Source: an uncultured Phycisphaerales bacterium (GTDB lineage Bacteria > Planctomycetota > Phycisphaerae > WQYP01). From it: a DNA stretch of 64,000 bases. Under the pieces are notes generated by a model. The model was not told where the DNA came from. It did not search any database and was given only the letters and a program-made list of their open reading frames with translations. Shown here piece after piece: positions 1 through 11,800 of the stretch. Each line of letters starts with the position of its first letter. The first letter of the stretch is position 1. The DNA is taken from assembly GCA_963766775.1 (NCBI GenBank), contig CAVYBP010000010.1:35861-99860 (forward strand), read 5' to 3'. The translations under genes were made by a program, and so were the position numbers.

Positions 1-218
1 TCAACGCCGTCGATCACCGCTCCCCCCGCGATGGCAAGGTCATCGAAGAGCTCGGCTTCTACGACCCCATCAACAGCGACACCGCCAATCAGGTCGTCGT
101 CAACAAAGACCGCGTCGACTTCTGGATCAAGAAGGGCGCCCAGCCTTCCCCCACCGTCAAGCAACTCCTCGCCCGCGCCATCGACTCCAACGCCCCCGCA
201 ACGCTCATCAAAGCCTAA
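1..218 (+). CDS. rpsP: 30S ribosomal protein S16 (5'-truncated by window edge)
   Basis: Frame from nt 3 reads NAVDHRSPRDGKVIEELGFYDP...DRVDFWIKKGAQPSPTVKQLL, with the S16 hallmarks SPRDG..IE.LG.YDP and W...GAQPS.TV; TAA at 216-218; lies upstream of trmD and rplS. Confidence 0.95.
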   Translation, partial: NAVDHRSPRDGKVIEELGFYDPINSDTANQVVVNKDRVDFWIKKGAQPSPTVKQLLARAIDSNAPATLIKA

Positions 219-228
219 GGCGTGCGAA

Positions 229-299
229 AGGACTGAGTGACTGAGGACTGAGAATTGAGTGCTTCTAACTCAATCCTCAGTCCTCGGCCCTCAGCACTC
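229..299. repeat. Heptamer-armed intergenic hairpin (GACTGAG / CTCAGTC units)
   Basis: Left arm GGACTGAG-TGACTGAG-GACTGAG-AATTGAG; right arm CTCAATC-CTCAGTC-CTCGGCC-CTCAGCA is its degenerate reverse complement. Confidence 0.8.
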
Positions 300-306
300 C
301 GTCCCC

Positions 307-1017
307 ATGCGTATCGACGTCCTGACGCTCTTCCCGGAGATGTTCACCGGCGTGCTCGGCAGCAGCATCCTCAAGCGGGCGCAGGACAAAAACCTCGTCT
401 CCTATCACCTGCACCAACTGCGGGACTACACCAAAGACCCGCACCGAAAAGTCGATGACCGGCCCTTCGGCGGCGGACCCGGAATGGTCCTCATGTGCCA
501 GCCCGTCATCGACGCCGTCGCCGCAATCGAAGCCATGGACCCGGCCCCGGCCACCCGCGATCCTCCTCGCCCCCACCGGCGAAAAATTCTCCCAACGCGC
601 TGGCCGAAGAACTCAGCCAACTCCCCCGCGCTGCTCCTCATCGCCGGCCACTACGAAGGCTTCGATGAACGGATCCACCAGATCCTCCAGCCCCGCGAAA
701 TCAGCATCGGCGACTACATCCTCTCCGGCGGCGAACTGCCCGCGATGGTCCTCCTCGACGCGGTCGTCCGGCTCCTCCCCGGCGTGCTCGGCGACGACCT
801 CTCGCCCCACGGCGAATCCTTCGCGCCGGCCGACGCGACGATCAACGGCGGACTCGAATATCCGCACTACACCCGGCCCCGCGAATTCCACGGCCTGACT
901 GTCCCGGAAATCCTGCTCTCCGGAAACCACGCCGCCATCGAAAAATGGCGACGCGAACAAGCAAAACACCGCACCGCCGAACGGCGGCCGGACCTGCTGA
1001 AAGAGAGTAAATGGTAA
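307..1017 (+). CDS. trmD: tRNA (guanine-N1)-methyltransferase TrmD
   Basis: [60 protein letters not shown]; short compensating frameshift at ~560-630 ([12 protein letters not shown] is in another frame). Confidence 0.97.
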   Translation: MRIDVLTLFPEMFTGVLGSSILKRAQDKNLVSYHLHQLRDYTKDPHRKVDDRPFGGGPGMVLMCQPVIDAVAAIEAMDPAPATRDPPRPHRRKILPTRWPKNSANSPALLLIAGHYEGFDERIHQILQPREISIGDYILSGGELPAMVLLDAVVRLLPGVLGDDLSPHGESFAPADATINGGLEYPHYTRPREFHGLTVPEILLSGNHAAIEKWRREQAKHRTAERRPDLLKESKW

Positions 1018-1102
1018 TTAGTAATTAGTAATTCGCTGCCGCGACCGCGAGAGCCCCCACCCATGCGTCAGCAAATTACCAATTACTAATTACCGATTAC
1101 CA
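1012..1102. repeat. Heptamer-armed intergenic hairpin (GGTAATT / AATTACC units)
   Basis: GGTAATT-AGTAATT-AGTAATT ... AATTACC-AATTACT-AATTACC-GATTACC; left arm overlaps the trmD stop codon. Confidence 0.85.
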
Positions 1103-1203
1103 ACTCGAACCCCGGACGGTCGATCGAATTGAGGGACTGTCTCCCATCTCCCGCTCCCCGATCACAGTTTCCCACTTACGGGCATCTGCCCAAGGAAGAC
1201 GCA

Positions 1204-1613
1204 ATGAAGAACGCACTCATGGCCCACGTTGAGGCCAAGCACCTCAAGGCCAAGCCCCCCCAGTTCGAAATCGGCGACATCGTCGATGTCCACCAGCGCA
1301 TCGTCGAAGGCGACAAGGAACGTATCCAGGTCTTCTCCGGCACCGTCATCATGCAAAAGGGCGACGGCATCAACGCCACCTTCACCGTCCGCCGCATCGT
1401 CAACAACGAAGGCGTCGAACGTATCTTCCCGCTCCACTCCCCCAAGATCGAAAAGCTCGAAGTGAAACGCCAGCAGCCGCGTCCGCCGCGCCAAGCTCTA
1501 CTTACCTCCGCGAACGCACCGGCAAAGCCACCCGCCTCAAGGAAGGCGATCCCATCGTCCTCGGCGAAACCGCCAAACCCACCCCCGAAAAAACTGCCCC
1601 CACTCAGGAATAA
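1204..1613 (+). CDS. rplS: 50S ribosomal protein L19 (indels near 1470-1505)
   Basis: PQFEIGDIVDVHQRIVEGDKERIQVFSGTVI...TFTVRR...GVERIFPLHSP; C-terminus RVRRAKLY.LRERTGKA continues in shifted frames to TAA 1611-1613. Confidence 0.95.
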
Positions 1614-1635
1614 ATCCATATCCTCCCATCATAAA

Positions 1636-1670
1636 AAAAGGGCCCATCCAACGGGCCCTTTTCTATTTTT
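1636..1670 (+). terminator. Rho-independent terminator after rplS
   Basis: AAAAGGGCCC-ATCCAAC-GGGCCCTTTT followed by a T-rich tail. Confidence 0.85.
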
Positions 1671-1909
1671 GCCATGCTTATACCGTAAGCGATTCCACCC
1701 TTGCCCTGCGTACCACAGCTCTTCCATATCATGCGCCAAACCCGTCTTTTAATGATATATACGCATTTTTTGCCCTTGCTTACAATCTTGCATTCGCGAA
1801 ATTTAATCATTGCCGCCAACACCACGCGGGAGTATCTTGCGATTGTCTCGTGGGGGGCGAGGCCACATATCTGCTTTGTTCTGCTCTCCTTTTGGAAAAG
1901 GAATTCCGA

Positions 1910-3660
1910 ATGAAACGTCTGAATCAACCCGCCCGCCTCGCGCCCTGCTCTTCGCGGGACTCCTCTTATCACTCGCCACCTCGCTTTCCGCCGCCCCTCT
2001 TGACAACCATATTCCAAAAGATGCACTTCTCTATATGGGTTGGCAGGGTGCCGACGCTCTCGCCCCGGATTATGCCAACTCCAATCTGAAAGGCGTCCTC
2101 GACACCTCCGGCCTCCCCGCTTATCTCGCGCAACAACTCCCCCGCTGGATCGAACTCGCCGCCGAAAAAGATCCCAACGCACCCGCTGAAATCTCCGATG
2201 CCACAAGCGCCCTCGGAATCCTCTGGCGCCACCCCGTCGCCTTCTACATCGGCCCCATCGACGTCACAAATCATAACGAACCCAAGCCCCGCATCGCCCT
2301 CCTTTGCGATGCCGCTGCCGACGCTCCCGCCCTTGTCGCCGTCATCCAAAGGTCCATCGACAAATCCGCCCACGCGCCCGTGCAGATTGCCGTCACGCAA
2401 AAAAACGGCCTCGTGATCCTCACCGTCGGCACCCTCTCCGCTGCCGAATTCGCCATCCACCCCGACGCCCTCAGCGCCGCGCCCGCCTATCTTCAGGCGA
2501 TGAAGCATGTCCGCCCCAACGGTGCCTTCACCACATACGCCGATCCTCACGCCGTCATCGCCATGATGAACAACGCCGTCGCCAAAGACACCACCGCTTC
2601 CGAAGACGCCCGCCAAAAATACCACGCCGTCATCGACATCCTCGGCATCACAAACCTCACCCAAATAGCCTACACGGGTGGCTTCGACGGCAAAGGCTGG
2701 GCCGAGGAAGCCTTCGTCGGCATCCACGGACCACGCACGGGTCTCCTCTCTCTTCTCGATCAAGGCCCCATCACCGACGCCGCCCTCGCCTCCATCCCCC
2801 AGGAAGCCGTCGCCTTCACCGCCACCAAATTCGACCCCATGAAAATCCTCGCGCTCGCCCGCGACATCGCCGGCCGAATCGACCCCCAGGCAACCACCCA
2901 GCTCAACAACGCCCTCGCCACCGCCTCCCTCCAGGCCGGCTTCGACATCGAAAAAGAACTCCTCGCCACCTTCGGAGACGAGTGGGTCGCCTACCGCGCC
3001 CCATCCCCCGACGGCATCGGCCTTGCCGCATCGTTCGTCCATAAACTCAAAGACCCCGCCACCCTTGCCAAAACCTTGCCCCTCCTTGAAGGACAGATCA
3101 ACGCCAACGGCCAGGGTCGCATCCAGGTCACCACCACTGACGCCGACGGCATCTCCGTCTCTGCCGTCCAAACCCCATTCTTCTCCATCGCCTGGACCGT
3201 CCGCAACGGCTACTTCTACATCTCTTCCCTTTCCGCCATTTCCGCCGCCGTCAATCAGGTTGAAAAGCATCAGCCCGCCATCACCGCCAACGACTCCTAC
3301 AAAGCCGCTCGTGCCGCCCTGCCGCACGCCGCCCCCAACTCCATCAGCTATTCAGAGCCCGCCAAAATTTACCCCGAGGAATATCGCGCCATCAGCACCG
3401 TCCTCCCTCTGCTCGGCGCGGCCGGCATCATGGTCCCCATCACCATCCTCCCAAACCCCGCCAAATCCGCCCGCTTCATGACCCCCGGTGCCTCCATCTC
3501 CTGGACCGACGCCGAAGGATTCCACTTCGCCAGCAAATCCGCTTTCCCCGGCGGTGCGGTCAAAAATAATCGCCGCGCACCACGGGTTGCCACCGCCGCT
3601 TTAGACGCCGCCACTGACGCTGCTCATCCGGACGCAAAAATACTCGAGTGGAATCAATAG
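1910..3660 (+). CDS. Secreted hypothetical protein (planctomycete DUF3352-like)
   Basis: ATG 1910 (MKRLNQPARLA), indel ~1940, then signal-like LLFAGLLLSLATSLSAAPL and IPKDALLYMGWQG; long open frame with host-like codon use; family assignment is recollection only. Confidence 0.6.
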
Positions 3661-3727
3661 ATTCATATATCTTTAATACCCACGTCGGAGTAGCATACAG
3701 TCGCATATCTCTCTTCGGTCCTCTGCT

Positions 3728-5096
3728 ATGAGCGAACAGCAACTAGCAACGCCGTCCTCCCTGAACATCCTCGTGGTGGATGACGAGATCAATATTCGAA
3801 AAACTTTGTCCTTCTGTCTCGAAGGGCGACGGTCACAAAGTCGTCGCCGTTTCCAATTCCGCCGACGCACTCGCTGAAGCCGCCCGCCGCTGCTTTCGAT
3901 CTCGCATTCGTCGATCTCCGCCTCGGTGCCGAAAAAGGCCTCGACCTCATCCCCGCACTACACGCCATCAGCCCCTGGATGAAGATCGTCGTCATCACCG
4001 CCTACGCCTCCATCGACACCGCCGTGCAATCCATGAAATCCGGCTCCGTCGATTACCTCCCCAAACCATTCACCCCCGCCCAGGTCAAACACGTCGCTCA
4101 TCGCATTGGCCAGATGCGCAGCCTTGAACAAAACGTCGCCGCTCTCCGCGAAACCATCGGCCGCACCAGCCCCGAAGTCGAACTGCACTCCACACACTCC
4201 CCTGCCATGCAGCGAGCCATCCACCTCGCCCAGCAGGTCGCCACCACCGATGCCACCGTCCTCATCCGCGGCGAATCCGGCACCGGCAAGGGCGTCCTCG
4301 TCCGCGCCATCCACGGTTGGTCCGCTCGTGCCGACAAACCCTTCGGCACCGTCTCCTGCCCCTCCCTCTCGCCGAACTCCTCGAATCCGAACTCTTCGGC
4401 CACGTCAAAGGCGCATTCACCTCCGCCGTCCGCGACAACCCCGGACGCATCGCCATGTGCGAAGGCGGCACCCTCTTCCTCGACGAAATCGGCGACCTCC
4501 CGCTCATCGTTCAACCCAAGCTCCTCCGCTTCATTCAGGACCGCGAGTACGAACGCGTCGGCGAACAACTCACCCGCCATGCCGACATCCGCATGATCAC
4601 CGCCACCAACGTCGATCTTGATAAAGCCGTCAAGCGAAGGCCGCTTCCGCGAAGACCTCCTCTACCGCCTCAACGTCATCCAAATCGAAATCCCCCCCCT
4701 CCGCGAACGCGCGCGAAGACATCGTCCCCATCGCCCAGCGAATGCTCGCATTTTTCACCCGCAACAAAATTCCCCGATGTCCTCGGATTCAACCCCGAAG
4801 CCATTGAACTCCTCCAACGCTACCCTTGGCCCGGAAATATCCGCGAACTCCGCAACGTCATCGAACGCTGCGCCATCCTCGCCACCAAAGAATGGATCGG
4901 ACCCGACCTCCTCCCCGGCTCCGTCGCCATCGTCCCCGATGACCCCGCCCCCGGCTCCCTCATCCCTCTCGAAAAACTCGAAGAACTCCACATCCGCCGC
5001 GTCCTCGCCGCCACCAGAAGCCTCGACGATGCCGCCGTCACACTGGGTATCGACGCCGCCACCCTCTGGCGCCGCCGAAAGAAATATGGAATCTAA
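3728..5096 (+). CDS. Sigma-54-dependent response regulator (AlgB/NtrC-like), several indels
   Basis: Receiver [34 protein letters not shown]; AAA+ [48 protein letters not shown]; [20 protein letters not shown]. Confidence 0.92.
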
Positions 5097-6057
5097 ACCC
5101 CACCAACCTCCGCACTCCCAACCCACTCAAAATGACTGCGGCACGCCAGGACTTCGCCGCAAAATATTCCTCGCCTATGGCGCACTGGTCGCCATCCTCA
5201 TCCCCGCCTGCCTCCTTCTCGAATTCACCTCCGCTCACTACATCATCCTCACCCTCCTCTTCGGCCTCCTCTTCCCCGCTGTCTTTTACTTCATCCTCAA
5301 CCGCTGCATCTTCCATCCCCTCGATGCCCTCACCGCTTCCGCCAAACGACTCCAGGCCGGAGACTTCGACAACCCCATCCAGATCAACGGCAATGACGAA
5401 ATCGCCACCCTCGCCCGCACTTTCAACGCCTTGGCTCTCACCCTTCAGCAGCTCCGAAAGCTGGACCACGATCGCTTCCGCCGAATTCAATCGACAACCC
5501 AGTTGGCCATCGACTCGCTCCCCCACGGCGTCGCCGTCATGTCCCGCGATGGACGTATCGAACTCTCCAATCAACTCGCCTCCAACATGTTCAACCTGAA
5601 GCCCGATATCACCATCGACGAACTCCCTCACGAGTGGCTCATCCGAATGGTCGGCGAAGCCGGAAAAACCCGCGCCCGCATCGACCCACGCGGATACGAA
5701 TCCGCCGTCCAGGTCTTCGACCAGGGACGCGAACTTTTCTTTCTCCCTCATGCCATCCCCCTCCTCGACGATGCCGGCGAAATCACCGGTATCACCATCG
5801 TCCTCGTCGATGCCACCCAACTTCGCCAGATCGACGAAGCCAAGTCCGGACTCATCGCCAGCGTCTCCCACGAACTCAAAACCCCTCTCACCTCCATCCA
5901 AATGAGCATCCACCTCCTCATCGAAGACCTCGGCCCCCGCCTCACCCCGGCACAACTGGACCTCCTCACCGCCGCCCGCGACGACGCCGCACGCCTCGCC
6001 GAACTCATCGCAAAACTCCTCGACGCCGGCCAAAACCGCATCACCCCCCCTAAATAG
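5086..6057 (+). CDS. KinB-like membrane sensor (TM-HAMP-PAS-HisKA) lacking the HATPase domain
   Basis: Two TM helices, HAMP ([28 protein letters not shown]), PAS-like region, H-box [13 protein letters not shown]; stops right after the DHp helices; overlaps the regulator stop. Confidence 0.85.
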   Translation: MESKPHQPPHSQPTQNDCGTPGLRRKIFLAYGALVAILIPACLLLEFTSAHYIILTLLFGLLFPAVFYFILNRCIFHPLDALTASAKRLQAGDFDNPIQINGNDEIATLARTFNALALTLQQLRKLDHDRFRRIQSTTQLAIDSLPHGVAVMSRDGRIELSNQLASNMFNLKPDITIDELPHEWLIRMVGEAGKTRARIDPRGYESAVQVFDQGRELFFLPHAIPLLDDAGEITGITIVLVDATQLRQIDEAKSGLIASVSHELKTPLTSIQMSIHLLIEDLGPRLTPAQLDLLTAARDDAARLAELIAKLLDAGQNRITPPK

Positions 6058-6067
6058 CAAACAGCCC

Positions 6068-6132
6068 GGCAGCCAAAAATGTGGCACGGCCGCCCCCGCA
6101 GCCCAAATGTGGCACGGCCGCCCCCGGCCGTG
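6068..6132. repeat. REP-like element, tandemly duplicated
   Basis: GCAGCC..AAATGTGGCACGGCCGCCCCC occurs twice; the second copy completes GTGG+CACGGCCG-CCCC-CGGCCGTG, a tetranucleotide-plus-hairpin REP architecture. Confidence 0.65.
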
Positions 6133-6167
6133 ATCGATGAGAGGGCCTCAACGGCCCTCTCATCGAT
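6133..6167. repeat. Perfect 15-bp hairpin
   Basis: ATCGATGAGAGGGCC-TCAAC-GGCCCTCTCATCGAT. Confidence 0.8.
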
Positions 6168-6253
6168 GCCGCGCACAACAAAAATCCCCCTCGCAAACCA
6201 AACCCCCCCCCAACCCCTCACGAAACCCCACCCCCCCGGTCGATAAACCCCCT

Positions 6254-7525
6254 ATGCCCCATCCCCCCCTCGTCAGCTTCTGCATCGCCACCTTCAACCG
6301 AGGCCCCGTCATCCTCGATTGTCTCCACCGCACCCTCGCCAACGGACTCCCCGCCTCCCAATTTGAAATCCTCATCGTCGACAACGCCTCCTCCGACCAC
6401 ACCGCCGACCTCATTGCCGCCGCCTTCCCCTCCATCCACCTCATCCGTCTCCCCAAAAACTGCGGCCCCGTCGCCAAAAACCTCGCCATCCGAAAATCCT
6501 GCGGAGAGTTCATCGTCCTCCTCGACGACGACGCATACCCCCACCCCGGCACGATCCCCCAAATGATCCGCCACTTCCGCGACAACCCCCTCCTCGCCGC
6601 CGCCGTCTTCGACGTCACTCTCCCCGACGGCTCCAAAGAAGCCTCCGCATACCCCGACGTCTTCATTGGGGCTGGCACCGGCCTCCGACGCAGCGCACTC
6701 GAAAGCCTCCCCGGCGGAATCTCTGCCGGACCACTCCCCTCCCACTTCTTCATGCAGGCCGAGGAATACGACCTCGCTTTCCGACTCCTCAATTCCGGCC
6801 ACTCCGTCCAGCGATTCTGGGATCTACCCCTCACGCATCTCAAAACCCCCAACGCCCGCATCGGCCAACGCACCACCCGCCTCGACGTCCGCAACAACCT
6901 CTACCTCCTCGCCAAATACATCCCCGCTCCGCTCTGCCACCAACTCGCCGCCGACTGGCTCGCCCGATACTGGATGATGGCTGAAAACCGCGATGCCAAT
7001 CAATCCCCCCACCCTCTCCACGGCTCTCACAAACAATCCTACCTCCGCGGCCTCGCCCAGGGCCTCGACGCATGGCCAACCCAACGCAACCACGAACAAC
7101 ACCTCCTCGCCCCCGCCACCCTCGAACAAATCTTCAAATTCAACAAAATCCGCACCCGCATGGACCGCGCCGCCCGACGCCTCGGCATCCAACGCATCAT
7201 CCTCGCCGACCTCGGCAAAAATATCCTCCCCTTCTGGCAAGCCGCCCGCGACCTCGGCCTCGAACTCATCGCCATCGCCGACGGCTCCCTCGGCCATTTC
7301 CATCGCGATTACCGCGGCATCCCCATCCTCCCCTGGAAAGACATCGACACCGCTGCCTCCGACACCGCCGTCATTCTCACCACCATGTCACCCGTCCACG
7401 CCCCCCAGCGCGCTGCCGCCCTCCGCCGAACCCTCCCCCTCCCCGTCCTCGATCTCTTCAGCCGCCAGGACGCCGCCCTTCATGGGCTGAGATCGCCCGC
7501 CCTCCACCTCCCTCTCCTTTCATAA
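6254..7525 (+). CDS. Glycosyltransferase family 2
   Basis: VSFCIATFNR, EILIVDNASSDHT, KNLAIRKSCGEFIVLLDDD, EEYDLAFR. Confidence 0.9.
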   Translation: MPHPPLVSFCIATFNRGPVILDCLHRTLANGLPASQFEILIVDNASSDHTADLIAAAFPSIHLIRLPKNCGPVAKNLAIRKSCGEFIVLLDDDAYPHPGTIPQMIRHFRDNPLLAAAVFDVTLPDGSKEASAYPDVFIGAGTGLRRSALESLPGGISAGPLPSHFFMQAEEYDLAFRLLNSGHSVQRFWDLPLTHLKTPNARIGQRTTRLDVRNNLYLLAKYIPAPLCHQLAADWLARYWMMAENRDANQSPHPLHGSHKQSYLRGLAQGLDAWPTQRNHEQHLLAPATLEQIFKFNKIRTRMDRAARRLGIQRIILADLGKNILPFWQAARDLGLELIAIADGSLGHFHRDYRGIPILPWKDIDTAASDTAVILTTMSPVHAPQRAAALRRTLPLPVLDLFSRQDAALHGLRSPALHLPLLS

Positions 7526-7562
7526 ATAACCTCCTCCGCCGCAGTTGAGTCCTAACTTTATC

Positions 7563-7590
7563 TTGACACAACCAATGTCCCCCTTATCAT
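7563..7590 (+). promoter_or_regulatory. Sigma-70-type promoter for the STAS/anti-sigma pair
   Basis: TTGACA-N16-TATCAT upstream of ATG 7662. Confidence 0.55.
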
Positions 7591-7661
7591 ACGAATAAGG
7601 CAGGAACCCTCCTCAAAAACAACCCGGCCAGGGAACCGTTGCCTCGGCGGAGAAAACGAAG

Positions 7662-8027
7662 ATGGCGCAAGAGCCCGCTCGACTCAAAGTGACGCGGATC
7701 GGCGAGTCCACCCAAGTGGAGTTCACCAGTCGAAAAATACTCGACGAAGCAAACATCGCCGAGATCGGCGAACAGCTCACCGCCATCGTCGAACGCGAAG
7801 AGCACCCTCGCCTTATCATCTCCTTCGCCGCCGTCGATCATCTCTCCTCCGCCGCCCTGGGCACACTCATCACCATCAATAACAAAGTCAAACAAAAAGG
7901 TGGCCAACTCCGCCTCTCCGACATCAACCCCCAGATCTACGAAGTCTTCCTCATCACCAAGCTCAATCGCCTCTTCCGCATTTACCCAACCGTGAAAGAC
8001 GCACAGGAGAGCCTTCAACCGGCCTAA
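7662..8027 (+). CDS. STAS-domain anti-sigma factor antagonist (RsbV/SpoIIAA-like)
   Basis: LIISFAAVDHLSSAALGTLI, GGQLRLSDINPQIYEVFLITKLNRLF. Confidence 0.9.
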   Translation: MAQEPARLKVTRIGESTQVEFTSRKILDEANIAEIGEQLTAIVEREEHPRLIISFAAVDHLSSAALGTLITINNKVKQKGGQLRLSDINPQIYEVFLITKLNRLFRIYPTVKDAQESLQPA

Positions 8028-8168
8028 TCGCCCTTCACTGTGGCGAAAAACACGGGCAGCTGCACCGCTACCCCAGCGATTCGCCCGATACAATCCAACG
8101 GAGGAACGGAATCTTCCCGTGCGCTCTTACTTAGGATTCCATCCTCTTGTTCAATCGATGGCGGTAAG

Positions 8169-8649
8169 ATGAAACGTTCCAGAAACAAACTCAAGCTCGC
8201 CCACGTTGCCGACCAACCCTGGACCGAACGTACCATCATCAGCTCCCTCCCCCAGGCCCGCGACATGCAATCCGAAATCCTCTCCTGCTGCGAAAAACAC
8301 CACTTCCCCGAATCCGACCTCTTCGCCCTCAAACTCGCCCTCGAAGAAGCTCTCGTCAACGCCGTCAAGCACGGCAACAAACTCGACCCCGCCAAACCCG
8401 TCCACATCCATTACCGCGTCACCGACCAACGCATCGACATTACCATTGAAGACCAGGGCCACGGCTTCAACCCCGCCGAACTCCCCGACCCCACCGCCGC
8501 TGAAAACATCGAACGCTGCTGCGGCCGAGGCATCCTCCTCATGCGGCGCCTACATGAACAGCGTCGTCTTCAACCCCCGTGGCAACAAAGTCACCCTCAC
8601 CAAATTCAACGAAGGCCATCCCCCCGCCCACAACGCCGCCATGGGCTAA
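8169..8649 (+). CDS. Anti-sigma factor / Ser kinase (RsbW-like HATPase_c_2), indel ~8548
   Basis: LALEEALVNAVKHGN, IEDQGHGF, GRGILLMR, then AYMNSVVFNPRGNKVTLTK in a shifted frame. Confidence 0.9.
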
Positions 8650-8809
8650 AAACACTAAAAAATCCCATCCCCAAAAACCCGCACCTCCAAAAACTTTTAC
8701 GCCGCCGCAGCGCGGTGCTGTTATCGAATATCCCAAAATTCCAGGAACCCCCACCCCTCTCGCGCATCAAACCCTCCACACGCTCCCCGCTTCCTGGAAG
8801 GACCAACTC

Positions 8810-11800
8810 ATGCTCCGAACCCTGTACCTCTGCATCACCCTCGCCTTCCTCGCCACCACACTCCTCCTCTCCACCGCCCACGCCGCCAACTCCACCACTT
8901 CCCCCGCCGCACTCCGCGAATCCCAAATCAAAGGCAACTACAAAGACGCCTACGACGGCCTCTCCCCCTTGGTCGCTTCCCCCGCCGGAACCGACCAACT
9001 CACCAACGACTTCCAACTCTGCGTCGACGCACTCCGCAACCTCGGACGCATCGACGAACTCGACGACTTCCGCGAAAAAGTCATCGCCGCCCACCACACC
9101 GACTGGCGACTCCTCTGGGAGGCCGCTCGCACCTACCGCGACGTCGACCACGACGGCTGCATCATCGCCGGAACATTCACCCGCGGAAACGGACGCGGAG
9201 GTGGCATGGGCGCCAACGGAAAATGGGTCTCCAGCTTCGACCGCGACCGCGTTCGCGCGCGCTCGCAACTCATGCAAAACGCCGCCGCTCTCCTCTCCCA
9301 ACAAAAAAACCCCGATCCACAAACCGCCGAATTCTACGACGAATTCGCCGCCATGCTCCTCCAGGGCCAACAAGGCCCCGACGCCTGGCGCCTCCAAACC
9401 CTCACCGACCTCACACAGCTCCCCGACTACGAAGACGGTGCCCCCGGCTATTACCGCGGCCGAGGCGGTTGGAATGGCTGGAACGGTTGGGCCACCGACC
9501 GCGGCGCGCCCGTCGACGACAAGGGCCAACCCATCCTCCACTCCACCCCCAAAAGCTGGGACACCGCCCTCACCGATGGCGAGCGCTGGCGCTGGACCCT
9601 CCATCAAGCCGCCGCAACATCTCCCGAATACGCCCAAAAAGAACAATGGGAACTCGCCACTTTCCTCAACCAGCAGTTCGGCGTCCAAACCATGGCCGCC
9701 TACGGAAACATCTTCCGCAACGACGCCCGCGACGATCATAAACAAAACGACGCCGGACCCTACGCCGTCTCCTCCCTCACCGACAACGAAACCATCGCCA
9801 AACTCGCCAACGGCATCAAACGCTTCCCACTCCCCACCGAATTCAACCCCATCAAAATCCTCCAAAATATCGCCGCCGGCCCCAACCACGGCGACGGCTG
9901 GGCTGAACAAGCCATGGACTCCCTCGCACAAATCTACACCGACCGACAACAGTACGATACCGCCGCAGATTGGTTGGCAAGGCCATCGCCGCCTTCGGCC
10001 CAGGCTCCGACGCCTCACGCCAAAATCGCCTCGATCAAATCGTCGGCAACTGGGGAACCTTCGAAAATACCCTCGTGCAGCCCGCCGGAACTAACCCCGC
10101 CAAAATCGACTTCCGATTCCGCAACGCCGCCAAAATCGCCTTCTCCGCACACGAAGTAAACGTCCCCCTCCTCCTCGCCGATATGAAAGCCTATCTCAAC
10201 ACCAGGCCCAACGAACTACAATCCGAACAAATTGATCTCTCCAATATCGGCTGGCGTTTAGTCGAAAAAAATCAGGCCAAATACATCGGCAAGGAAGCCG
10301 CCGCCTGGGACATGACCCTCCAGCCCCGCCCCAATCACTTCGACAAGCGCATCACCGTCCAAACCCCGCTCAAGGCCGCCGGTGCTTATTTACTCGTTGG
10401 AATCATGCAGGGCGGTAACGTCAGCCGAATCCTCGTCTGGCTCTCCGACACCGTCATCGTCAGAAAACAACTCAAGGACGCGGTTTACACTTACGTCGCC
10501 GACGCCGCCACCGGACAACCCATCCCAAATATCAAAGTCGATTTCTTCGGCTATCGCCAGCAATGGATCAAAGACAACAAATACCGTCTCGATATTCAAC
10601 AGTTCCCCGCCACCGCTGACGCCGACGGACAGGTCATCATCCCCACCACACCCAATGCCTCTGACAAGGCCCCGCCGCCGGTTGACCCCGCCGCCCCCGA
10701 CCATCCTGCCCGGCTTCAACTGGGTCACCACCGCGACCGCCCGCGATGGCGACGCCCCCTCGGCTTCGCCTTCATCGGCTTCAACAGCATCTGGTTCCAG
10801 AGCTATTACGATGAATACGACAACCAATACAACCGCACCAAGGCATACATCGTCACGGATCGGCCCGTCTATCGCCCCGGTGACAAAGTCCAATGGAAAA
10901 TGTGGTTAGGCAGCAATAAATACGATGAAGACGCGCCGCGCGGCCAAAATAAGTTCGCCGGACAACACGCCACCATGCAGATTCAAAGCCCCAAGGGAGA
11001 CATCCTCAAAACCCTCTCCGGAACACTCGACGAATGGGGCGGGCTCTCCGGCGAATACCTCGTCGAAAAAGAAGCGACCCTCGGATCTTACAACATCTCC
11101 GATGCCGCCGGCTGGGGCGGCATCGCATTCCGCGTCGAAGAATACAAAAAGCCCGAGTTTGAAGTAAAGATCGACGCTCCCACCGACCCGATCATGCTCG
11201 GTGAAAAAATCACCGCCACCATCTCCGCAAAATATTATTTCGGAGCGACCCGTTACTCATGCCAAAGTAAAATACAAGATCACGCGACACATCCTACGAT
11301 GCACGCTGGTATCCCGCGGGCCAAATGGGACTGGTTCTATGAGCCGGGCTATTGGTGGTTCGCCTGCGATTACAACTGGTATCCCGGATGGCGACGCTGG
11401 GGATGCCTGCGGCCCATGCACCTGGTGGCCCGGCCCGTGGACCGAACAGCAACCGGAAGTCGTCAGTGAAAACGAAGTCGCCCATCGGCCCGGATGGCAC
11501 GGTGAAAGTCGAAATTGACACCAGCGTCGCCAAGGCCGCGTACGGCGATCGAGGATCACAAGTACACCATCTCCGCGGAAGTCACGGACGCCAGCCGCCG
11601 CACCATCGTCGGCACCGGCAACGTGCTGGTCGCGCGACAACCCTTCAAAGTCTATGCGTGGGTGGATCGCGGCTATTACACCGTCGGCGACACCGTCACC
11701 GCGCATTTCACTTCGCCAGACCCTCGATAACAAACCCGTCACCGGAACCGGCGCCCTCAAACTCTATAAAATCACCTACGACGCCCAGGCGAAGCCCGTC

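Noticed and set aside
6080-6125. TGGCAC as a sigma-54 promoter
   Set aside because: No conserved TGC at the -12 position; better explained as a REP hairpin
1969-10094. Long alternative-frame or antisense ORFs (1969-3327, 5038-6087, 8040-10094 distal part, 8606-10018)
   Set aside because: Products of stop-codon scarcity in skewed high-GC DNA; they overlap genes with clear motifs
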